From: an uncultured Parachlamydiaceae bacterium
GTDB taxonomy: Bacteria > Chlamydiota > Chlamydiia > Chlamydiales > Parachlamydiaceae
DNA: 64,000 nt
NCBI GenBank assembly: GCA_963752155.1
Contig: CAVVXH010000004.1
Span: 64,001-128,000, forward strand
Direction of reading: 5' to 3'
Both the position numbers and the translations under genes were made by a program. The notes beneath the pieces were generated by a model. The model had not been told where the DNA came from, ran no database searches, and saw nothing but the letters and a program-made list of their open reading frames with translations. Every line of letters starts with the position of its first letter. The stretch's first letter is position 1. This document shows positions 1 to 10,257 of this stretch, one piece after another.

Positions 1-1117
1 TACTCACACAAAGCGTTGAAACATTATCTAAGAAAAAAACTATTTCTTTAGAAGAAATATCTCAAGATGGGATGAGAGTTAGAGCTAATGCTGGAGGTAG
101 TTCTTTTAAAAGAGATAACACACTCCAAGAGCATTTAATCTTATCAGAAAAATTAGTTGATGATTTAAAAGATGAATTAAAAAAAACCTTTAGACTTTGA
201 ATCAAGAACTATTTCAGCACAGCTTCGTTGTGCTAAAGAAAAAAAAGAAAAATTAGAAAAAGCTATTGAAGAAAAAAACACTACAATAAAAGAAAAAGAA
301 GAACAATTAAAAAAAAATCGAATAAAACTTAAAGAAGAAGATAAAGCAAAAATAAGGACTTCAGTTACTGATCCGGAAGCAAGAATAATGAAAATGGCCG
401 ATAATGGATTTAGACCTGCTTATAATGTGCAATTTGCTACAACTAACTTAGGTAAGGCCATAGTTGGAGTGTTTGTTACTAATCAATGTTCAGATAGTAA
501 ATTATCTGTAGAGATGTTATGGCAAGTTAAAAAAAGATAAGGTGTTAATGTCAAAAAACTTTTAATTGATTCTGGATATAATGCACACTTGGATGTTGAA
601 GAAATAGAAAATAAATTTCCTGATTGCAAAGTTTATTCTCCAATAAAGTCTGTATATGAAAATAAAATTAAAAATGACCCTAATAAATCTGTGCAAGAAT
701 ATGCGAACAGAATGGAATCAGATGAAGGGAATAAAAGTTATAGAATGCGTTGTGAAACAGCTGAATTTTCAAATGCACAGTCCAGAAATAAAGGGCTTCA
801 ACAATTCTCTGTAAGGGGTATAAATAAAGTTCTTTGTTCTACTCTTTTTTATGCTGTCGCTCATAATATGCAAATTTTATTTGGACATTTATGAATGATA
901 TGATTTATGCGAAGAATATTTCTAAAACTAATTTATAAAATTTAAATAATAATTTTTTACTACAGATTTATTTGAAGTCTAAAACTATTCATTATACTCA
1001 TTCCAGAAACAAAGTCATTTTAATTTCGTTAAAAAATGATATTATCATTTAAATTTTTAATTCTTCTATCAATTACTCCGGAAACTAAATTTTATATTTT
1101 GATTCTTTCACATCCTC
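1..1117 (+). mobile_element. IS1182-family insertion sequence, right part, with transposase pseudogene (runs off the window start)
   Basis: Translation from nt 3 gives SQDGMRVRANAGGSSFKR. After a frameshift in the poly-A run at ~180-190 it reads TSVTDPEARIMKMADNGFRPAYNVQFATT, then has an in-frame TAA at 538-540, then ORF 589-894 (YRMRCETAEFSNAQSRNKGLQQFSVRG). Putative right end GATTCTTTCACATCCTC at ~1101-1117. Confidence 0.8.
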
Positions 1118-1341
1118 TCTGCCACAGCGCATGAAGAAGGTTTAATCATAAAGTATGCAATTAAAAATTATAGGATGTTGTCTCGCTTTATGACAGGCCT
1201 CCTACTCGTAGCTTCATTCAGACCATAAATGTATGTCAGGAACAGATTTGTAAAACAACAAAACCCTTGACAACCGAAAGGGAAATTTTTTTTTAATTGC
1301 ATGCTTTATCATCTAAACCTTCTTCACGCGCTGTGGCAGAG
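1117..1341. repeat. Palindromic element with ~50-bp imperfect terminal inverted repeats (MITE-like)
   Basis: CTCTGCCACAGCGCATGAAGAAGGTTTAATCATAAAGTATGCAATTAAAAA from 1117 pairs with TTTTTAATTGCATGCTTTATCATCTAAACCTTCTTCACGCGCTGTGGCAGAG ending at 1341. Confidence 0.8.
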
Positions 1342-1412
1342 CCACAGCACTCCAAAAAGTTCTTGGATGTTATAGTCAGAGGTGCATACTTAATTAGAAG
1401 TCACATATAAAT

Positions 1413-1573
1413 AGTCTAAACCACTCCGTGAAATCGCATCAGCTAAGAAATTTGCTCAATTTTTTGGTTACTACGACTTCACGCAGCGGTTTAGACCACT
1501 TGGAGGCTACGTGGCTGCACTCAACATCGGAATGATGAGCTACAATTTGCGCAGTTTCTTAGCTATCTCGATT
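1413..1573. repeat. Modular dispersed palindromic repeat, copy 1 (modules A+B+C)
   Basis: Hairpin GTCTAAACC..CGTGAAATCG...CGACTTCACG..GGTTTAGAC. 1478-1527 matches 59769-59818 (2 mismatches in 50 bp). CGGAATGATGAGCTACAATTTGCGCA matches 35886-35911. Confidence 0.85.
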
Positions 1574-4500
1574 AAGCTTTTTTCTCAAGCAAAACCATAT
1601 AAACGTCTTTGCTGTGATTATTAAAATTACTTATCGTCTTTTTGTGATCATCGTACTCAACCCACTCACTACCATTTTCAGAAGTGGAAAAACGTACGCA
1701 TGCAGTATAATGACCCGCATGTAAAGTATTACCATGATGATTCACATAAGCAATAATCTTATATTGGACACCTTCAACAGTCACCTCAAGATTGTCCGGA
1801 AATTCGACCATTCCATTGATTTTATGATGAACATTCAGAAACCGGTTTAAACTTATGATAAGGTGATTGGGATGTGTTATAATTTTTATTGCTTGCTTCC
1901 AACCTGGTTTATCTTCAACAGGTTCAATCTCAAAATATTTGTTAATTTTCTTTTGAAAGTTTATTTTGTTGGAATCTCCTATATCAAGTCCTATTGAAAA
2001 GATAGATTCACTTGTTGGGTTATTATTAATTACTTCGGAGCCCTTTTCCAGTTTTTTATAAACAGTAATAGGTTTCCAATTTAATAAATCTAGAATTTTG
2101 TTTAGAAATTCATGGGAATCTTGTTGATCGGTAATATTTCCTGGAAAATTAAAAGGAGGTAAAAATAAATTATTTCTTAAATTTACTAAATAGTCCTTAA
2201 GGGTTGATTCATTGATTGATGGTTTTGAATGAGCTTCCATAATTAAACGTAAATTAGTTAATGTCGAGTTATCTAGTTTGCTATCATTAATTAATGTCGG
2301 AATTCCAGGAATATGAAACATCATTTGAAGTGCAGCATTTATATAACAGGAATTGCGAATATTGGGAAATCCTCGGGCATACTTTGAGAGACCAACATTA
2401 GGAATATTGATAACCACGCTTGTAAGTTCAACAGGCCCTTCCATTTTTGGCTTTGCTGATGCCGGAGCTGAAGATGGAGGTACAGCTTTCGGATTAGCAG
2501 GCTCAGCAGGTAGGGGATTATGAATTTTCTTTTTAGACTTTTTCATTTCTAGATATTCGCTATCCATTTGCAAACATCCAATGTTGTCTCCTAAAGCCTT
2601 ACAAATTGTCTGTGCCCCTGTTTCTGTAATGGAATTATCCAATAGATTAAGGTAAGTCAAATTTTTGCCATTAGTTTGTAATGACAATGCCAATGCGTTC
2701 ACATGATTATCATTTATATAATTTGATGCAAAGTCTAAATAGACTAACTTATTTTCCTCACTGTTTAATAAAGGATTCAGAGATTGAGAGAAGGATTCAA
2801 AATCATTAGTTCTTATGTAGAGTCCTGTAATAGGCAATACCTTTATAAAATCAAACAAGTCAGACCAATTATTCCCGCCATTTTCTATACGAATTACCAG
2901 AGTAATCAGATGCGCTTGTGCCATATTTGATAGACACTTGCTTACTTCACTTAAATTGTCTTTATCAATCGAACCTAACTCTAAAAGAAGCTGACCATTA
3001 TTTAAGGCGATTTTATTACCTTTAGGTAGAGTTCTGGCTATTTTTTTTAGAGGGTTAGGAATAAGATCGTATTCAATTCTTTTTTCTTTATTCGGAAATA
3101 TCCAATCAAGCTCTTTTGCATTGAATTGAAGATCGCGTGCTATATTCCATAACACCTCTTTTTCTTCTACCGAAAATATTTTCCTTACATCTGGATCTTG
3201 AACTATATCCGAAAGTTTTTGTAAAACAGTTTTAGACCTTCCCAACAATGCATATTTCAATGCATAAAATAAAATCGTGTGTCCATTTTTTTTTGTTAGT
3301 AAGTTTTGTTTGTTGGTAAGGATTTCTACTATACTTTCAAAGCCTCTTTCACAAGCGATATAGAGAGGAGGTCTTTGACGATGATCGCAATCCTCAAGAT
3401 ATATTTTTTCTTTTATCCAACGAATAGCTTGACTCTTTGCTTTTTCAGAATCTTCTAATAATAAAGATGTATGGAGAGGTGTAAATTTCACTCCATTAAT
3501 TTTATCATCAACACCAATTTGACGTCGAATTTCATTTGCTTTCGCTTTATACATGGCTTTTTCTTCGTCTCCAAACTCTGATGAATAACCAAATTTTAAT
3601 GCATATTCCCACAATTCAGCTCTAGTCAATTGACAGCCAATATCATCTCTAGTGGAAAACAAGGTTAAGGCAAGTGAAAACATCCCTTTTTTGCACGATA
3701 AATTGAGCAAAGTTTCACCACTTCGAGTCAATCTTTTTCCAAGTGCTCTAGGATCTACTGAAAGCTTGTTACGCAAGGCAATTGCAATATCTAGGAATCC
3801 ATTTTCTACTGCCAAAATAATTGGAGTATAGTCACTGATATCGCTGATATCGGGGAAGGCGTTTTCATTGATGATCTTCAAAGCAATTTTTGGCATATTC
3901 ATATTGAGTGCTTCATGAAGTGGAGATCGGTTGTTGTTATCTAAAGCATTAACGTTAACTTTTTTCATTATAAGCTTACGCGAGAAGGATTTTCGCCTTT
4001 TTAACAAAGTCAAGTGAAGAGGAGTATGCCCTTTCGCATCGGGCTTACTTAGACGAATCGGATCTAAGTTTTCTATTAAATAGATAGATATTTCTTTTAA
4101 CCCATTATCGAAAGCCCAATGAATTGCTGTTCGTCCATCAGTGGGGTCCACATAATCATACAAGGTTTGTTCATCTTTTAACGCTAACGCTAAATTTGTG
4201 TACCTATGTTTGCATGCAAAGCAGAGATACTGAGTTAGATCTACTTTTGTTTTTGCAGATTCAATATCGAGCCTGGCATTGTAATTTAAAAGTATACCTA
4301 CACAGTCCCTAGAGTCTGACTTCAAAGCTAGATCGACCGGAGTATCTCCACTGGTCTGCTTTGTATTGAGCCACTTTGTTAAATTTTCGGGACTTACCTT
4401 CAGATCCAATGCTTTTTTAATCAATTCCACAAGAATCGAAGCATTTCCAACTTCACATAAAGCATGAAACAAAGTAGAACCTGTTTCAATCTTTTGATTT

Positions 4501-6437
4501 TCGAGAGCATTTTCTAATTCTTCAGCTGTTTTATAGCTTGACAATAAATCGAAAGCTGTAGAATTATTTTTATCTTCGATTAACATATTTGCTCGTTGTT
4601 TAATTAATTCTAAAATACAGGAGTTTGATCTCGCTTTTATAGCTAAGTGAAGATTTGTATCTCCATCTCCATTTTTCTTGTCGAGATATTGAGTAATTTT
4701 ATCCTTTGCGGATATTATCAATTGTTGTAAGGAACTGTGGTTTCCAGCTTTAGATGCTATATGAAATAAAGTGAATCCGTTTTGATCTGTTTCATCTAGA
4801 TATCTTTCCTCTAACTTGCTTAAAAGAGAAGTGACTATCTCACGATAATTTTGATTTCCATCGACATGGACTTCAAAAATATATTTAAGTAATTTCCAAA
4901 CATTAACTTGTTGAGGATTGTCTTTAAATGTTAACCCTCTCTTCAGAAAGGAGTATACAATCGGATAGGCTTCATTTTCCATAGCAAGGTCTATTGCTCT
5001 TTTGCCATCTTGATTTTCAATTTCCGCATTAGCATCTTTATCTAAAAGGGATGTTGAGGTTTTCAAACATCGGTGGGCTGCAGCTAAATGCAATGGAGTG
5101 TTTTTAGCTTCCGTCAATATATTCACATCAACATTTTTTTTAAGAAGTGCGTTAAGCAAATCATCGTCATCTTCTTTTGCTGCACAATGCAAAAGAGTTG
5201 ACATCTCACGTTGTAAAAGTATTGGTTCCTTTGGTTCCTCACAATTTTTGTTCAAAAAATATTGGAAACAATTCCTAATATTTTTAGCTCTGTATTCGAT
5301 CTCGGTTGTTAAAATTAAATAGCGAGCAACATGATATTTCATCTTTTCAATTATATATATATCAGCAATGTTTGGCAAATCTGGAACGACTTGAAGCGTA
5401 GCTTGGAGGCACTCAATATTTGGAACAACATGACATGTCCTAGTTAGCCATATGACAAGATCTAAATGTCCATTCGTGCATGCGAGAAGAAGAGCTAAAG
5501 GATATTGCGATTCTATATTGACATTCCTTGCCTTTGCTTGTGCAGACAGCATCATTGCAACTGCAATATTTCCGGATCGACATGCGTAATGGAAAGGAGT
5601 CAGACCCCACTTGTCTCTCTTGGTCAATAGGACAGTGAAAGATTGGCCTGTTCCACACAATCCAATAACTTTATCAACTAAGGATAGATGTTGAGTTGGA
5701 TTGGCCCACGAAGAGGCACACAAAATATGAAAAGGAATTTGTCCCTGAACATTTTCAGACTCTCTCATGATTCTTTGCCCATCACGAGCCTGGATTAATC
5801 GTATTATCATATTAACAATGTCACGTTTACAAGCATAATGCATAGCTGTATTTAGTTTTTCATCTCGATAATCGAGATTTAGATTATGTTCTGGCTTTAT
5901 TAAAATTGATAATATCTCGTAAGTTCCGTATTTACAAGCAAGATGAAGTGGCCTACGTTCTTTTGTTAATTCGACTTCCAATTGCTCACGATTTTCAATA
6001 ACATTTTCAATAAATGAGTTTAACTTATTCTTATAAGCTTTCTCAATATGGTATGGCATTAAAATAATGAGATCCATAGTTCTGAAGATTTTCAGCAATA
6101 ATGTGGCTTTTTCATCCTTTTTCTTGATTAGAAGATCCATTAGTAATTCTTCTAAATTCTTTTCTCCTTTTATTGTAATGATTTTAACACTTTGTTGAAG
6201 TAAGCTCCTTTCTTCTCGAAACCCATCATTGATTGATCTTGGTGAAAAATTAAACGTATGTTCAGCCCATTGACCAATTGATTTGTCGATTTGGTTAAAA
6301 ATCTCACCAGCCTTACTTGTAACCAAATCGGAATTTATCTCGCCATCTATCTTGCCATCTGTTGTGACTTCCTTTATAATCCTTTTCCATTCATCCATAA
6401 AGTTGGGCATTTGGCCAATTGCTTTTGCAGGTTCCAT
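1572..6437 (-). CDS. Giant ankyrin-repeat protein with RNI-like LRRs and a C-terminal USP (peptidase C19) deubiquitinase domain; putative secreted effector
   Basis: Many TPLHLA-type ANK motifs; LRRs LVYLDFASNYIND and LTYLNLLDNSITETGA; USP boxes GFPNIRNSCYINAALQ, QQDSHEFL, NHHGNTLHAGHYTAC and WVEYDD. Confidence 0.9.
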   Translation of the reverse strand: MEPAKAIGQMPNFMDEWKRIIKEVTTDGKIDGEINSDLVTSKAGEIFNQIDKSIGQWAEHTFNFSPRSINDGFREERSLLQQSVKIITIKGEKNLEELLMDLLIKKKDEKATLLLKIFRTMDLIILMPYHIEKAYKNKLNSFIENVIENREQLEVELTKERRPLHLACKYGTYEILSILIKPEHNLNLDYRDEKLNTAMHYACKRDIVNMIIRLIQARDGQRIMRESENVQGQIPFHILCASSWANPTQHLSLVDKVIGLCGTGQSFTVLLTKRDKWGLTPFHYACRSGNIAVAMMLSAQAKARNVNIESQYPLALLLACTNGHLDLVIWLTRTCHVVPNIECLQATLQVVPDLPNIADIYIIEKMKYHVARYLILTTEIEYRAKNIRNCFQYFLNKNCEEPKEPILLQREMSTLLHCAAKEDDDDLLNALLKKNVDVNILTEAKNTPLHLAAAHRCLKTSTSLLDKDANAEIENQDGKRAIDLAMENEAYPIVYSFLKRGLTFKDNPQQVNVWKLLKYIFEVHVDGNQNYREIVTSLLSKLEERYLDETDQNGFTLFHIASKAGNHSSLQQLIISAKDKITQYLDKKNGDGDTNLHLAIKARSNSCILELIKQRANMLIEDKNNSTAFDLLSSYKTAEELENALENQKIETGSTLFHALCEVGNASILVELIKKALDLKVSPENLTKWLNTKQTSGDTPVDLALKSDSRDCVGILLNYNARLDIESAKTKVDLTQYLCFACKHRYTNLALALKDEQTLYDYVDPTDGRTAIHWAFDNGLKEISIYLIENLDPIRLSKPDAKGHTPLHLTLLKRRKSFSRKLIMKKVNVNALDNNNRSPLHEALNMNMPKIALKIINENAFPDISDISDYTPIILAVENGFLDIAIALRNKLSVDPRALGKRLTRSGETLLNLSCKKGMFSLALTLFSTRDDIGCQLTRAELWEYALKFGYSSEFGDEEKAMYKAKANEIRRQIGVDDKINGVKFTPLHTSLLLEDSEKAKSQAIRWIKEKIYLEDCDHRQRPPLYIACERGFESIVEILTNKQNLLTKKNGHTILFYALKYALLGRSKTVLQKLSDIVQDPDVRKIFSVEEKEVLWNIARDLQFNAKELDWIFPNKEKRIEYDLIPNPLKKIARTLPKGNKIALNNGQLLLELGSIDKDNLSEVSKCLSNMAQAHLITLVIRIENGGNNWSDLFDFIKVLPITGLYIRTNDFESFSQSLNPLLNSEENKLVYLDFASNYINDNHVNALALSLQTNGKNLTYLNLLDNSITETGAQTICKALGDNIGCLQMDSEYLEMKKSKKKIHNPLPAEPANPKAVPPSSAPASAKPKMEGPVELTSVVINIPNVGLSKYARGFPNIRNSCYINAALQMMFHIPGIPTLINDSKLDNSTLTNLRLIMEAHSKPSINESTLKDYLVNLRNNLFLPPFNFPGNITDQQDSHEFLNKILDLLNWKPITVYKKLEKGSEVINNNPTSESIFSIGLDIGDSNKINFQKKINKYFEIEPVEDKPGWKQAIKIITHPNHLIISLNRFLNVHHKINGMVEFPDNLEVTVEGVQYKIIAYVNHHGNTLHAGHYTACVRFSTSENGSEWVEYDDHKKTISNFNNHSKDVYMVLLEKKA

Positions 6438-6449
6438 AATAATTCTCCA

Positions 6450-9400
6450 TTAATTTGGTTTAAAAAGAAGATATCTATTTCTTAAGTCTCGGTATTTGAA
6501 ATTACCTAGAGAATGTACGAAATGAAAGAAATCTTGTAAATCGTCATAGTTGTCCATTGAAATTTCAATATTTTCAAGTTCATTAAAAATTGATTGATAT
6601 TTTGGAACGTTAATTAAAGGTAATGCTCTGAGAGACTCTACTTTAACCAAAAAACGTAAGATGAAATTTTTTGACATCAGAAAGTAAGGCAAAGCCTCCA
6701 AACAAGCTTTCAATTTGTTCTCATCTTTGTTTAAATGGTTGTTAAATAATAATTCAAATATTTGCTCCAAACCTTCCCTAGGAACATTTTGAGATAATTG
6801 AATTTCATTCTTATTTCCGCAAGGAAAATCTTCGAATATATTTTTAAAATAATCTGAATAAAATTTTAAAATATCGAAGTTTACAAAATAAAGACGACTG
6901 TTAATAAAAATCTTATCTGAATAGCTTGGATATTTACACAAAATTTGGAGGTTTGGTTGTTCCTTATTTTCGTTTAGTATTCGTAATAAATGAATTTGTT
7001 TTGAGATGGTGATTGTTTTTACTAAGAGATTTGCTATGTCGGGATAATCACCGCTGCAAGCTAAGTGTAAGGGGGTATTCCCATTTCTATCTTTGTGATT
7101 CAATTGGGTCTGTTGCACGACGTCAAATAAAGTAGATTTTCTACTACATCGACATATCCTCGCTCACAAGCCAGATGAATGGGATCTCTTTTTCGAGAAT
7201 CACATACTTCAATATACAATTTTGCCTGAACATATTCTAAAGCATGTTCACACTTTCCCTTCAATAAAGCTTGATGAAGAGGAGAGGTTTCGATGGCCAT
7301 TAAACCTATTGGAATTGTTTGCACCTCATCTTTTCTTATTAAAGCGTGAATGAGTTCACTTTTTATAATAGGATCTTTAATTGATGCAATTAGAGTCGAT
7401 TTTCTACCCAATGCAAAAACAATAGAATAGATTTCCTTTTCACAAGCAAGTTGAAATAGTTCCTCAATCTTTTTTCTAGTCATTTTTATTTGAGAATTCC
7501 TTATGATTGACATGGCTGCAGCTTCAAATCCCCTTTTAGCCATCTCTAGTAATTCATTTTCTCCCATAGGTTGTTTTTCACTGATTTTTAGAAAGATCTT
7601 TTCCGAAAGAGGGAGGTTCATTATTCCTGTGATGTTAACACCTTTATCCATAAGTATGTCAATAATTACTTTACATCTGGCTTGAGCAGCCAAATAAAAG
7701 GGAGTAAAACCATTTATGTCTTTTGTATTGAGAATATCAATACTAATTGCTTGATCAATAAGTTGCTTTGCAATTTCTATTAGCCCCTTTTCACAGGCCC
7801 AATGGAGAGGAAATCGACCTAAGTTATCTAAATTCCAAAATGAAATGCCGGTATTTAACAATTTCTGCGCAACTTCCCCCCAACTGTACTCACAAACCAT
7901 ATGGAGATAGTTTTTATTAGTATTTTTATAACGAAACGAGCTCAGTTCGTGCAGTGATAGGTTTTCAATGGTCTGCAATGTTGTTTTCAAATCCCTTTTT
8001 CGACAGGACAGCTGAAGTAGATAAGTTTGGTTTTCTATTTTTTTCCAAGGGTGAGCCCAATCTTCTGAATGCCAAAGATCCATTAATATATTTTCGAATT
8101 CATCCGAAATGTGTTTTTGATCAAGTCTTTCAATTAAATCGATTGCAGATTCGCCATTTTGATCACGTAAATGCGTATAAACTTTTTGTTGAAGTAGAAA
8201 ATGAACGCAAGGCAAGACTTGAGATTGCAAGGCCAAATGTAAAGGAGTACTTCCATTTTTAGATTGGTGGTTCAAGTATATATGTAGATTTTCAAAGGGG
8301 ACTTGCTCACATAATTTTCTTAACAAACTTAGATTTCGATCTTTACAAGCAAAATGAAATAATGTATATCCAGTTGCTAAGTCTTGAGTTCCTAAATCTA
8401 AGTTAGAGTATTGTGTCAGCAAAGTGTCAGTGATCTTTTCTACTACCTCTCTAGTCAGAGGATCTAATGAATTAGATTGTGGGTCATTTTTATTATCTAT
8501 AATTAATTTGTGATAAGATGAGAAAATTATTTTCCACATTTTGAAAGGTTTTGGAAGTCCCGTATGTAAATTATTTTCGAGGCAAAAACTGACCACGGGA
8601 GAAATCTCCTTCTCGACAGCCAATCCAAAAATGGTCTTCCAATTCTTATATTTATTTTGATCTCCTAAGTGTATATATAAATATTTTACAGTGCTCAATT
8701 GCTTATAAGCCATTTCTGGCTTTACAAGTGAGGAATCAAATTTGATGTTTTTTGAATTTAATAGGAATTCCATCAGATTTATGTGTCCTCCCTCCATAGC
8801 AAAATCTATGGGGGTGAGTCCTTTTTTGGATTTTGCAAGAACATTTGCTTTTTTATTTACCAATAATTCAGCAATTTCTACATGACCTTTTTTCGAAGCG
8901 ATATGGAGGGCTGTTTTTTGGGATTGGTTGAAGGCTTCAACTTCGATAGAATTTACTTGAAATAAAATTTTTGCAAGCGAGGTATTATTAGTAGCGCTGG
9001 CTAAGTGGAGCAGAGATCCCAATCGCCCTGCATGGCGATTAATATCACAGATGCCAAAGTTTATGCTTAGTTGAACGAATTGGTTTTTGTCATAAACAGA
9101 ATAGATATCTTTTAATGTGAGGTTCACAATTTTTTCAGCTATTTCTTTAATGAGTATATTGCTTCTACAAGCCATCACAAAATAAATATGCTTTTCTTTT
9201 TTCTTTTGATGCAATTCTTGAGTGGAATATTGTTGAAAAATTAATTTTGCAACAGCAGAATGACCTGCTTGAAGGGCAGCTGTTAGTGGATCATATTTGG
9301 CATGGCTTATTTCACGGGGGCATAGGTTCATTAACCAATTAATTAATTTGATGCGATCTGTCTGACAAGCTGCGTGAAGCGAAACAGGAAGATTCGTATG

Positions 9401-10246
9401 ATATTGTAAATAATTGGCTATTGCTATATCGGCCTCTCCACCTAGCATCTGAAGGGGGATTTTTCCCATATTATTTGACACATATGCATCAGATGAAGCA
9501 TTTCCATATTTGACGAGTTCTTCAACAACTTCAAATATTCCTTGTTCACAAGCATAGTGGAGGGGTGTGTTTCCTAAATTGTCTTGATGTTTTGCGATGA
9601 TTCCTTCCTTTAACAATGCTTTGACAACGGGAAGCATTTCCTTGCCCCCCCGACAAGCAAGATGAAGCTGTGTTTGCCCTTCTTCGTTTAAGGGGATCCG
9701 AAGGAATAGTTTTTTTTCGATCCATTTCAAGATAAATGCATTGAGCCTTTTTTCATAAGCTAGAAGAATGAGAGAAGGGGTAATAGGGATGTTTTTTTGT
9801 AAGAATACCTCAACTAAATCCATTAACCTTTTTTGTTGAATTTCTGTTGGAGAAGAGTTTAATATTTGAAATAAAAGTAATTCCAATTTCTCATTGTCTT
9901 CATAGGCTTTTAAGAAAATTTCGTTAAGTACAACAATTATTCCTTCTAAACCAAAATCACAGTCTAAAGTAAAAGATTCATCCTTAATTACTACTACCTT
10001 CAGTCTTTTATCTGGATCCAAGCTGATAAAAGTCTCATCTGTAATTTTACACCACTTTTCCAAGGATGTTTTGATTTGTTCAAAAAGTCTTTCAAAAGCT
10101 GTGTCGGAACAATTTTGAGACCATTCGACAAAATAATTACTTACTTTGTCAAAGAGCCATTCAATACTATGTTGATTATAAGGTGCCGGATTATTAAGAA
10201 TAGTTTGCCAAACAGTTCTGTAACCTAGATCAGAATCATATATCAT
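6450..10246 (-). pseudogene. Ankyrin-repeat + BTB/POZ protein split by a 1-nt frameshift (ORFs 7100..10246 and 6450..7118)
   Basis: Colinear paralog of 13995..17144. The junction LLYLT|VQQTQLNHKDRNGNTPLHLAC aligns to LLMNPEVQKNQLGSQDRNGNTPLHLAC with one base missing near 7120. BTB-like segment SDKIFINSRLYFVNFDILKFYSDYFKNIF. Confidence 0.85.
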
Positions 10247-10257
10247 TTCATCTCTAA

